39,003 nt of DNA from Candidatus Cloacimonadota bacterium (GTDB lineage Bacteria; Cloacimonadota; Cloacimonadia; JGIOTU-2), in the NCBI GenBank assembly GCA_014382495.1, contig JACNJR010000041.1, forward strand, positions 1 through 39,003, given 5' to 3'. The position numbers and the translations under genes were made by a program. Under the pieces are notes generated by a model. The model worked only from the letters and a program-made list of their open reading frames with translations. It was not told the origin of the DNA and searched no databases. Below, one piece after another: positions 1-7,698 of the stretch. Each line of letters starts with the position of its first letter. Position 1 is the first letter of the stretch.

Positions 1-416
1 CAAAACTTCCGAAAGGAACGAAAATTCCTTGGAATACTTATCGTGGGAATTATCAAAGAACTGGATTTTATGGCGATAATATCATAACAAATATTGACCC
101 AAATTTCGTTCAAAATCAGAATTTTTATCTTTATCAAAATTACCCAAATCCCTGTAATTCATTTACAAATATTTCATTTTATACTTCAAAAAGTTTAGAT
201 AATCCAATTATAAAAATATTTAATATAAAGGGACAACTTGTAAAACAATTAAAAATTCAATCCCCAATTAAATTGGGGACAAAATTAAAAATTAACAAAG
301 TAATTTGGGATGGGACTGATAAAAATAATGAATCCGTTGCTTCTGGAATTTATTTCTATAAATTATTTTCTAATAACTATTGCAGTTCTGTAAAAAAATT
401 GCTTTTGTTAAAATAA
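1..416 (+). CDS. 5'-truncated secreted protein ending in a T9SS type-A-like / FlgD-Ig C-terminal sorting domain
   Basis: Not in the ORF track. Frame 3 is open from base 3 to TAA at 414-416: ...KIPWNTYRGNYQRTGFYG...FYLYQNYPNPCNSFTNISF...IKIFNIKGQLVKQL...VIWDGTDKNNESVASGIYFYKL...VKKLLLLK*. The motifs LxQNYPNP, IFNIKGQLV, WDGxD, SGIYFY and terminal KLLLLK are typical of this CTD; WxxxRGNxQRTG resembles the end of FG-GAP/VCBS propeller proteins. Confidence 0.88.
   Translation, partial: KLPKGTKIPWNTYRGNYQRTGFYGDNIITNIDPNFVQNQNFYLYQNYPNPCNSFTNISFYTSKSLDNPIIKIFNIKGQLVKQLKIQSPIKLGTKLKINKVIWDGTDKNNESVASGIYFYKLFSNNYCSSVKKLLLLK
261..279. repeat. Perfect 9-bp inverted repeat inside a coding region (tccccaatt-a-aattgggga)
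   Basis: Read directly from the sequence; encodes SPIKLG in frame within the CTD. Confidence 0.8.
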
Positions 417-423
417 CTTTTGA

Positions 424-1764
424 TTATTTTTTTAGAAGAATCAGATGTTTTTTCAAAGCAAAATGTGCGATAATTCCCGCGAGACAATATGCTAATGCAA
501 TCCCAGAAAATATTCCTTTGATTCCGAAAAAATGAGAGCCGAGATAAGCAAACGGAATGCAGAAAACAAACATTTGCATAATTACCAAACCGGCCGCCTG
601 AAACGGCTTATGGAAAACATTCAAAGATGTATTGCTAATCAATAAAATTCCCTGAAATCCATAACTAATTGGCACGATTGATAAATAGAAAACAATTGTC
701 TCAATCACAATCGAATCTTTGTTGAAAATGCCTGCAATTGAACGAGAAAAAAGTAAGAGAATTATGAAAATTAACGCTCCGGTAATAATTGAAAAATTTT
801 CACTTAGAACAATTCCACGCTCGATTCTGTGAATTTTCTTTGCTCCAAGATTTTGCCCAATGAATGGTCCGAAGACGGCTGCCAAAGACCTAACAACTGC
901 CAAAGCAAAGAATTGTATTCTCGAAGCAACTCCAAAACCTGCGACATATTTCAGTCCGTATTTTGCGATTATGCTTGTAATTATTCCAATTGTAATGGGC
1001 GTAATGACTCGTGCGCCTGCAATCGGAAGCCCGATAAACAAAATTGATTTCCACGATTGGAATATTTCTTTGAGTTTAGTGAATTTGAAATTTATCATTT
1101 TTTCGCGGTGGTAAATAATCCATAATGCCACCAAGAATGTGATGAAACGAGCAATTACAGTTGCAATTGCAGCGCCTTTTATTCCCAAATTTGGAAATGG
1201 TCCTAAACCAAAAATCAGAAGTGGATCCATTATCGAATTCACTGTTACTGCTACTAACATAATTATGGTTGGCGTTATTGTATCTCCCGTTGCCCTGATT
1301 GCGTTGTTTGCGATCATCGGCACGACAACAAATGGCATTCCAGCATACCAAATTGTCATATATTCTTTTATCAATGGAACAATTTCCGGCGTTGCACCGA
1401 GTGCTTTGAATAAAATTTCAATCGTAAAGAAACCGATAATGACAAACGACACAACAATCAGAAAAGCGAGAATCAGCCCGTCAGTTGTAATGCGTTGAAC
1501 TTTGTGATGATCGCCTTCTCCGATAGCGATGGAGACGAGCGCTGAGACACCAATTCCAATTCCCAAAGCGATACTGATAATTACGAGAATAACTGGAAAT
1601 GTGAAACTCAGCGCAGCAAGTTCGTTTGTGCCAAGTTTTCCGACAAAATAAGTATCCACGAGATTAAACGCAACCATACTCACAAAACCTAAAATCATTG
1701 GAGCGGTTAATTTAATTAGAGTTTTGGCAATAGAACCGTCTGTCAATTTGGCACTTTTTTTCAT
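424..1764 (-). CDS. MATE family efflux transporter
   Basis: 446 aa, about 12 TM segments; N-terminal LTDGSIAKTLIKLTAPM, NLVDTYFVGKLG, RATGDT..P, DPLLIFGLGPFPNLGIKGAAIATVIAR, GQNLGAKK. Confidence 0.93.
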   Translation of the reverse strand: MKKSAKLTDGSIAKTLIKLTAPMILGFVSMVAFNLVDTYFVGKLGTNELAALSFTFPVILVIISIALGIGIGVSALVSIAIGEGDHHKVQRITTDGLILAFLIVVSFVIIGFFTIEILFKALGATPEIVPLIKEYMTIWYAGMPFVVVPMIANNAIRATGDTITPTIIMLVAVTVNSIMDPLLIFGLGPFPNLGIKGAAIATVIARFITFLVALWIIYHREKMINFKFTKLKEIFQSWKSILFIGLPIAGARVITPITIGIITSIIAKYGLKYVAGFGVASRIQFFALAVVRSLAAVFGPFIGQNLGAKKIHRIERGIVLSENFSIITGALIFIILLLFSRSIAGIFNKDSIVIETIVFYLSIVPISYGFQGILLISNTSLNVFHKPFQAAGLVIMQMFVFCIPFAYLGSHFFGIKGIFSGIALAYCLAGIIAHFALKKHLILLKK

Positions 1765-1803
1765 ATATTTTTCTTATTAAAATTCTGTAATTTTGATTAA
1801 TTC

Positions 1804-1843
1804 AAAAAATAATGCGATGCACAAATAAATGTACACCGCATTT
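1804..1843 (-). terminator. Intrinsic terminator of the cold-shock gene
   Basis: Minus strand TGCGGTGTACA-tttatt-TGTGCATCGCA forms an 11-bp stem with two G-U pairs, followed by TTATTTTT; lies about 20 nt after the csp stop. Confidence 0.75.
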
Positions 1844-1863
1844 TTTTAATCGTACCTTCAAGC

Positions 1864-2076
1864 TTATAATTTAACTACATCTTGTGCTTGTGGACCTTTA
1901 TCGCCCTGAGTAACTGTGAAACTAACTTTTTGTCCTTCGTCCAAAGTTTTATATTCGTTCTCACCTTGAATCGATGAAAAATGGACAAAAACATCGTCAC
2001 CATCTTCTCTTTCAATAAATCCAAACCCTTTAGTAGAGTTGAACCACTTGACAGTACCTGTTTCAGTTTTAGCCAT
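1864..2076 (-). CDS. cspA: Cold-shock protein (CspA family; paralog identity not resolvable)
   Basis: GTVKWFN, RNP1 KGFGFI, RNP2 DVFVHFS, KGPQA; strong SD (AAGGAGG) upstream. Confidence 0.96.
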   Translation of the reverse strand: MAKTETGTVKWFNSTKGFGFIEREDGDDVFVHFSSIQGENEYKTLDEGQKVSFTVTQGDKGPQAQDVVKL

Positions 2077-2202
2077 CTACTGAAACCTCCTTTATATTAA
2101 TACTGTTGGTTCAGACAATTCTAAACAACTTCAAGAAAAATTTTTCAGTTAATTCAGAACGATCTCCAACATAAGTGCAGATTTTTGTCGATGGTTTTTT
2201 CT

Positions 2203-2208
2203 TGTCAA
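2203..2208 (-). promoter_or_regulatory. Putative sigma70 -35 element for csp, implying a 5' UTR of roughly 95 nt
   Basis: Perfect TTGACA on the minus strand in the intergenic region; the -10 is not canonical (AAAAAT/AAAATC). Confidence 0.5.
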
Positions 2209-2290
2209 TAAAAAAATGAAATTTATACAAAATTTATTTGAAAATATTATTGTAACTGCGAATTGTTTTTATGTATATGTGAAATTTTTA

Positions 2291-2296
2291 TTGACA
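2291..2296 (+). promoter_or_regulatory. Putative sigma70 -35 element for tRNA-Lys
   Basis: Perfect TTGACA about 45 nt upstream of the tRNA. Confidence 0.5.
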
Positions 2297-2341
2297 TTGA
2301 TACGCAGAATATTTTTTGATAGCTTTTTATAGTTGAGACAT

Positions 2342-2417
<76 letters not shown>

Positions 2418-2421
2418 TTTT

Positions 2422-4149
2422 TTAATTTACTGCCACAACTCGATAGAATTTCTTTTCATAACTTGCAGAATCAGTCCAAGAAGTTCCCACTGTTACTTCA
2501 GCTTCCAAATTTGTGAAATCACCATTTGGATTTGTATCGGAATATACTTTATACGAAGTTGCATTCTCTACAGAATTCCAAGAAATTGTCACAGAAGTTC
2601 CAGTCACATTTATTTGGATGTTTTGTGGAATTTGAGGATTTATTACGCTTTCAGAAATATCATCCGCATCCTTCGGTTCAACTTTGAAGTTATCATACGA
2701 ATAATCAACAATGCCGGTAACATCATAATTTGTTCCCAAGGTAGGTGAAAACGCAAACATCAAATCATCAATGCGGCAACTTCCGCTGTCATCATCAATT
2801 TCCCACTCGCCCCAACCCAAATTTGTATCTGTGCATTCTGCATTTTCTACTTTAACTAAAACACCTTCATACATCTCTTGGTTTACTTGATAAGTTGTGA
2901 TTGTCACGGCATTTGGCAATTCATTTCCAATAGAATTTACCACATATTGGGTAATCGTTATTAATTCCGTTTTGTCGTAATATTCTGCAACTTCACCTAA
3001 AACTGTAATTTCATCACCAATATTTGGATTATTTGGATTATTTGAATTATCATAAATATAAATTCCATTCCAAGCACCAACTCCATCTTGAATGAAATAA
3101 CCGGTTGAAAAAGTTCCCGTTACAATGCCGGTCAGTTCCACATTTTGCCCTTCATATTCCGAAGAATTTTGCTGAATATCAGAAATAGTTAAAGTAGGAC
3201 TACCTCCCGAAATACTGATAAAATCTGCATAAACCGGCAGATGGTCAGAGGCGTTATAAAGTGCATCGGCAATTTCAGCAGAGACAGCGGAATTGTAACC
3301 ATCGTTAATGCTGTCATTGAAGTGATTTCCGTCATTTCCAAATGGTGTTAAACTATTTGCGACATATTCGATTCCTTCACTATTATCTAAATTATACGAA
3401 GTGAAAATCATATCAAATCTATCATCTAAACCGCCGCCAGCGCCGCCGCCAAATGCACCTGTTCTTGTAGATTGTGTGTGAACGGAAACATATGTTGCAG
3501 AATTGTGCCAATTTCCAATTTGGTCACATAAATCTTCTGCTCTGCCGTCATTATCTGTTTCATCTGCGATAAATTTCTGATAGGCAGATTCTGAACTTGT
3601 ATAGATATTCATATCGCCGACAATAATAAATTCCGTTCCAGCGGTAAGTGCGTTCAGATGGGCGCGTAAAATCGTAACCTCTTCCAATCTTTTGTCTTCG
3701 TTTTCCTCGCCTTCCGATGCTTTCAAGTGGCAACTGTAAAATCTGATTTCATTGCCGTCAATTTGCATAATATATTCTGAAATTTCGCGACGCGGCGTCT
3801 CAATTTCATTTTGACTTATCAAAGTCGCAATCGAATTTTTATAGTAAAGAATGTTATCCATATCAAAACCATTCACAAAATTAGCGCGGGAATATACAGA
3901 GCCATTACTATTCAATTCATTCAATATCATATCTACGCCGGATTCACTTTCCATCTCTTGCATCAATAAAATATCGGGTTGGGTTTCTGTAAAAATAGTG
4001 CCAAAATCATTCAATCTGCCGACACCATTCTGACTCGGAAAATAGAGAGCATTGTATGTCATTACTCTGAAATTTGTGTCTGCAAAAAGCGATGAAAGCA
4101 AGATATAGAATAAGAAAAAAGTAAAAGTAATTCTCATCATTTTTTTCAT
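2422..4149 (-). CDS. Secreted endonuclease/exonuclease/phosphatase (EEP) family protein with two OB-fold-like domains and a C-terminal FN3/Ig-like domain
   Basis: Signal peptide; EEP motifs TYN, MQE, HLKA, GDMN, DRFD, SDHLPV; then a YhcR-type OB region (ISDIQ..YEGQNV..TGIVTG..YFIQD..GDEITVLGEVAEYY), a second OB region (YEGVLVKV..TGIVDYSY..KVEP) and a terminal domain of about 70 aa. Confidence 0.85.
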   Translation of the reverse strand: MKKMMRITFTFFLFYILLSSLFADTNFRVMTYNALYFPSQNGVGRLNDFGTIFTETQPDILLMQEMESESGVDMILNELNSNGSVYSRANFVNGFDMDNILYYKNSIATLISQNEIETPRREISEYIMQIDGNEIRFYSCHLKASEGEENEDKRLEEVTILRAHLNALTAGTEFIIVGDMNIYTSSESAYQKFIADETDNDGRAEDLCDQIGNWHNSATYVSVHTQSTRTGAFGGGAGGGLDDRFDMIFTSYNLDNSEGIEYVANSLTPFGNDGNHFNDSINDGYNSAVSAEIADALYNASDHLPVYADFISISGGSPTLTISDIQQNSSEYEGQNVELTGIVTGTFSTGYFIQDGVGAWNGIYIYDNSNNPNNPNIGDEITVLGEVAEYYDKTELITITQYVVNSIGNELPNAVTITTYQVNQEMYEGVLVKVENAECTDTNLGWGEWEIDDDSGSCRIDDLMFAFSPTLGTNYDVTGIVDYSYDNFKVEPKDADDISESVINPQIPQNIQINVTGTSVTISWNSVENATSYKVYSDTNPNGDFTNLEAEVTVGTSWTDSASYEKKFYRVVAVN

Positions 4150-4227
4150 AATAATTTTAGATTTCCTTTCTATTTATGAAATTGAATGTAGAAATATTTC
4201 GTAATTTTGTCAAGATATTTGTGTTAG

Positions 4228-4956
4228 TTAATCAAAAATTTTAGGGATAATTTTTTCTAAATCCTCAGCAAATTCGGTTTTGTAAAGTTTGTCTATATTC
4301 CCAATTGCGTTTTCCAAATTTTTATCGAAATAGATTTCACCTAAAAATGGCAATTGATATTTTTCTACTTGAATTTTTATTGATGAGTTTTCAGAAAATT
4401 TCATATTTTCGATAATTCCAATGATTGGCATCTTCAATTCTAGAAGGAGATTGATTGATTTTTTCACGATTTCAAAAGCGAGTTTTGACGGAGTTGAAAT
4501 CATAATAAATTTCACTCTTTTCATAGTTCTGATGATATCTAAAGTTGTGTCGCCGATTCCTGGCGGCATATCGATAATCAGGAAATCAAGAGAACCCCAT
4601 TGAGTTATCGCAAGCAGTTCTATGATTGCATTTGAAATATCAATTCCTCGTAATGGTGCAGGATTTTCACCAGCAAAACTGATGATAGACATAAATTTTA
4701 TTCCGAAATATTTTGATGGAATAATGCCTTTGTCTTCTTTCGGAAAATCATAATTTCTTATTCCTAAAATTATATGAGTTGAAGGACCGGAAAAATCCAA
4801 ATCAAGCAGTCCAACTTTATGACCTTTTTTTGCCAAACTTGCTGCAAGAGTGGCAGATACAGAGCTTTTCCCAATTCCGCCTTTTCCGCCAGAAATTGCA
4901 ATTATTTTTCTGATATTTTTTAATCTTTTATCAATAACTTCAATTCGCGTGTCCAT
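4228..4956 (-). CDS. hypB: Mrp/NBP35 (MinD-like) P-loop ATPase, probably ATPase-type HypB nickel-insertion factor
   Basis: Deviant Walker A GGKGGIGKS, LDLD..GPS, IDMPPG.GD, ENM; lacks the CPxC Fe-S motif after ENM; lies 3 bp downstream of hypA; closely resembles Thermococcales Mrp/MinD-type HypB as I recall it. Confidence 0.8.
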   Translation of the reverse strand: MDTRIEVIDKRLKNIRKIIAISGGKGGIGKSSVSATLAASLAKKGHKVGLLDLDFSGPSTHIILGIRNYDFPKEDKGIIPSKYFGIKFMSIISFAGENPAPLRGIDISNAIIELLAITQWGSLDFLIIDMPPGIGDTTLDIIRTMKRVKFIMISTPSKLAFEIVKKSINLLLELKMPIIGIIENMKFSENSSIKIQVEKYQLPFLGEIYFDKNLENAIGNIDKLYKTEFAEDLEKIIPKIFD

Positions 4957-4959
4957 AAT

Positions 4960-5373
4960 TTATCGCTCTCCTTCAACCGCATCCAGCCAGATTCCTCTCC
5001 CAATTTTTATCTCAAAATCTGGGCTTTTGCATTTTGGGCATCTGAGATAAATATGGGCAGTTTCGGGAATGAAATGTATCGATTCTGTCTCATCTTCATC
5101 AAGATTTTTTCTTGCATTTTCGAAGAGCCATTCATTTTTGCAAACGCGACATTTCAGAATTGCTTTCTCGGTTTCTATTTCTATATCGGCATTTCCAAGA
5201 ATTTCTTGTTGCGGCTGAATAACTTCTTTAAGAGCGAAATTGAAAATTTCTTCATCAATTGTCTGAAGTTCTCCAATTTTTATTACGATTTTAGTAATTT
5301 TTTTTAGATTTTCTTTTTCAGCAACTTTTAATGCTGAAGTTACAACTGCATCTGCCAGTGCCCATTCGTGCAT
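4960..5373 (-). CDS. hypA: Hydrogenase nickel incorporation protein HypA (long-spacer Thermococcales-like type)
   Basis: N-terminal Ni-binding MHE, GELQ, two zinc motifs CRVC and CPKC separated by about 33 aa containing IHFIPE, C-terminal GRG; SD AAGGAG. Confidence 0.95.
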   Translation of the reverse strand: MHEWALADAVVTSALKVAEKENLKKITKIVIKIGELQTIDEEIFNFALKEVIQPQQEILGNADIEIETEKAILKCRVCKNEWLFENARKNLDEDETESIHFIPETAHIYLRCPKCKSPDFEIKIGRGIWLDAVEGER

Positions 5374-5426
5374 AGTTTACTCCTTATTTTATTATAATTT
5401 TGTTAAAATTAATAAATTAATTTTTC

Positions 5427-5483
5427 TGTCAATATTTTTAGAATTTGCTTGAAATTTCAAAAATCCATTTGAAAAATTTGACA
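5427..5483. promoter_or_regulatory. Back-to-back divergent promoters (hypA side and lipoprotein side)
   Basis: TTGACA on the minus strand at 5427-5432 and on the plus strand at 5478-5483, the latter followed by a TAAAAT-like hexamer. Confidence 0.5.
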
Positions 5484-5540
5484 AATAATATTTCTCTTTA
5501 AAATTTTAAGAAAAAATTCAATATTTGAAAGGAGAAAGTT

Positions 5541-6374
5541 ATGAAAGTTTTATTTTTCTCATCTATTGCTTGTTTAGCTCTTATCTTTTCTTGTGCAAAA
5601 CAGAACGGAAATGAGCAAAATATTTATTCAGCATCAGATTTCTGGAATGATGAATATTTTCACCAAACAAATGTCGTCACACCCGAAGCAGAAGATAGCA
5701 CGATAAAAGCAAAAATTGATGGCAAATGGCAAGAATTTACACTTTTAGAATTCCCAGAAAAATTTATGAAATGGAATGTCGAAAGACGCCTCGAATCTGT
5801 GGCAGGTTTTAGAGAGATGAAACCGCCAAGGTGGGCAGGACCGCATAATGGCATTGTCGCTTCGTATGGATTCAAACGAGGGGATTCAAACTTCAAATTG
5901 AATAATGCTGTAAAGGGAATGGGATTTCTTCCCAAAAAAGAAAAAATCAAGGAAATTATCAAACTTCTCGAAGATACTATGGATATTCCGTTTTCGAAAA
6001 AATTAGACCAGTTGGATGATTTCTATCATAATGTGGATTCATTGTTTGATTTGAATAAGCAAATTTCGTTGGAACTTTATTCGGTTCCTAAATTTGAAAC
6101 CCAGACATTTCTCAATCAGATGACAAATCCGATTTCCACAATTGTCTTTCTGGATATTCCTTCATTCAAACTGAAAACAATTGTGCAATTATTGCATCCA
6201 GACGACCCCAAATTGACGGAATATGAGAAAGATATAGTGAAATATATCAATCTTATTCACAGTTATTTTCACGGAAAATTTCCGAAAGATTATATTGCAG
6301 TAATTTATTATGTTGTAGAAATTTATGACAATTCACCTGGCAGAATGGATGCAATGGGAAGAAGAATTCCGTAA
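5541..6374 (+). CDS. Lipoprotein with a probable pyridoxamine-5'-phosphate-oxidase-like (split-barrel) domain
   Basis: Lipobox-like LIFS-C; SD AAGGAG; C-terminal pattern TFLNQMTNPISTIVF..PSFKLK and IYYVVEIYDNSPG...GRRI resembles PNPOx-like FMN-binding split barrels. The ORF is confident, the function tentative. Confidence 0.6.
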   Translation: MKVLFFSSIACLALIFSCAKQNGNEQNIYSASDFWNDEYFHQTNVVTPEAEDSTIKAKIDGKWQEFTLLEFPEKFMKWNVERRLESVAGFREMKPPRWAGPHNGIVASYGFKRGDSNFKLNNAVKGMGFLPKKEKIKEIIKLLEDTMDIPFSKKLDQLDDFYHNVDSLFDLNKQISLELYSVPKFETQTFLNQMTNPISTIVFLDIPSFKLKTIVQLLHPDDPKLTEYEKDIVKYINLIHSYFHGKFPKDYIAVIYYVVEIYDNSPGRMDAMGRRIP

Positions 6375-6445
6375 AAAATTTAGCAAAAATTTAAATAAAA
6401 TTTGACAAGGATAATTTCAGACACCTTAATGTTGTCCATAAAAAT

Positions 6446-6853
6446 ATGAAAGCAGAAGTCAAATATATCGACAATTTACAATTCAGTGCCGTTGCAGATT
6501 CCAACCATAGTATCATACTTGATGCGGATAAAAATTTAAGTTTAGATCAAGGTTCTAGGCCAAAAGAACTGCTTTTAATGGGGCTCGCCGGTTGCACCGC
6601 AATGGATGTTGTCTCAATTCTCAAAAAGATGAGAGTTGAATTTCGAGATTTTTCAGTTACCGCAGAAGCAGAAAATTCGGATGAACATCCAAAAGTTTTT
6701 ACTTCAATCTCAATCAAATATTTCATATCTGGAAATGTCGGAGAAGAAAAATTGGAAAAAGCAATTGAACTTTCTCAAACTCGCTATTGCGGAGTTTCTG
6801 TAATGCTAAAAAAAGCAGCTCCGATAACTTATTCATATGAAATAAAAAAGTAA
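6446..6853 (+). CDS. OsmC/YhfA family protein
   Basis: GSRPKELLLMGLAGCTAMDVVSILKKMR, HPKVFT, AIELSQTRYCGVS with both conserved cysteines; TTGACA at 6402-6407. Confidence 0.92.
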   Translation: MKAEVKYIDNLQFSAVADSNHSIILDADKNLSLDQGSRPKELLLMGLAGCTAMDVVSILKKMRVEFRDFSVTAEAENSDEHPKVFTSISIKYFISGNVGEEKLEKAIELSQTRYCGVSVMLKKAAPITYSYEIKK

Positions 6854-6857
6854 AATT

Positions 6858-6886
6858 TTGACATTAATGATTGATTCCAATAAATT
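6858..6886 (+). promoter_or_regulatory. Putative sigma70 promoter for the response regulator and downstream ORF
   Basis: TTGACA (6858-6863), 17 nt spacer, TAAATT (6881-6886). Confidence 0.55.
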
Positions 6887-6928
6887 ATTTCCGTCCTTAA
6901 AAAGTAAGGTGAGAAATTTTTCTTTCAT

Positions 6929-7288
6929 ATGAAAACATTGTTAATCGTTGATGACGAAGTTGATACTCTGAAATATCTGAGTATTCTTCTGAAAAAACAT
7001 TCACTCGAAGTCATCACGGCGGATAATGGTTTCGATGCGTTGCAAAAAGTTCGTGAGGAGACAATCGATATCATTTTATCAGACATTGCGATGCCAGATA
7101 TGGATGGATACGAACTTTACAAACAAATTAGAGATTTTGACGAGAATATTCCAGTTATAATGATGACCGGCTTCGGATATGACCCAAATCATACTTTGGT
7201 AAAAGCAAAGCAGGACGGCCTGCACGACATTATTTTCAAGCCATTTGAGGTTGATGATTTATTGAATCTTATTAATAAAGTAATTTAA
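6929..7288 (+). CDS. Single-domain response regulator (CheY-like receiver)
   Basis: LLIVDDE, phospho-acceptor ILSDIAMPDMDG, MMTG, KPF; no output domain. Confidence 0.93.
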   Translation: MKTLLIVDDEVDTLKYLSILLKKHSLEVITADNGFDALQKVREETIDIILSDIAMPDMDGYELYKQIRDFDENIPVIMMTGFGYDPNHTLVKAKQDGLHDIIFKPFEVDDLLNLINKVI

Positions 7289-7311
7289 AAAATAAAAAAA
7301 TAGGAGGAACG

Positions 7312-7641
7312 ATGAAAAATAACCTGACACGAAATAAGGTTTCACCAAAAAGTCACAAGAAGGTCATAACATTCGTTTATGCCGATAATCTCGTCGGAGA
7401 TGATGTCGTTCATTTAGAGAATTATCTCGAAAAACGAAAGGTCCTTCATCACATTTATATCGTTGTCTCAAATTCTCCAGACAAGCAAGTCAGAACGGTT
7501 TGCAATAGATATAATCATCTAAAATTAATTTATAGCCAAAACCCAAAAATAGAAATTAATGACATAAAAAATCAATATGACGGCGTTGATGTAAAATTTG
7601 AAGAACGCAAATTTGATGAATTAAAAGAGAGAAGTTTATAA
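7312..7641 (+). CDS. Hypothetical protein (109 aa, alpha/beta pattern)
   Basis: Strong SD AGGAGG at a normal distance, co-directional with the receiver gene, followed by a terminator; no family recognised. Confidence 0.7.
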   Translation: MKNNLTRNKVSPKSHKKVITFVYADNLVGDDVVHLENYLEKRKVLHHIYIVVSNSPDKQVRTVCNRYNHLKLIYSQNPKIEINDIKNQYDGVDVKFEERKFDELKERSL

Positions 7642-7659
7642 TTAAAAATTAAATTTTGC

Positions 7660-7698
7660 GGGCAATAAAGGATTTTCTTTTATTGCCCATTTTTATTT
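7660..7698 (+). terminator. Intrinsic terminator between convergent genes, overlapping the uvrC stop
   Basis: Perfect 10-bp inverted repeat GGGCAATAAA (7660-7669) / TTTATTGCCC (7679-7688) followed by ATTTTTATTT. Confidence 0.72.

Noticed and set aside
3021-3047. Three 9-bp tandem units (tatttggat) encoding an NSNNPNNPN linker
   Set aside because: Real but trivial in-frame slippage in a loop; no regulatory implication evident.
4228-4956. Annotation as ApbC/Mrp Fe-S carrier
   Set aside because: The CPxC cluster-binding motif is absent and the gene is coupled to hypA; ATPase-type HypB fits better.
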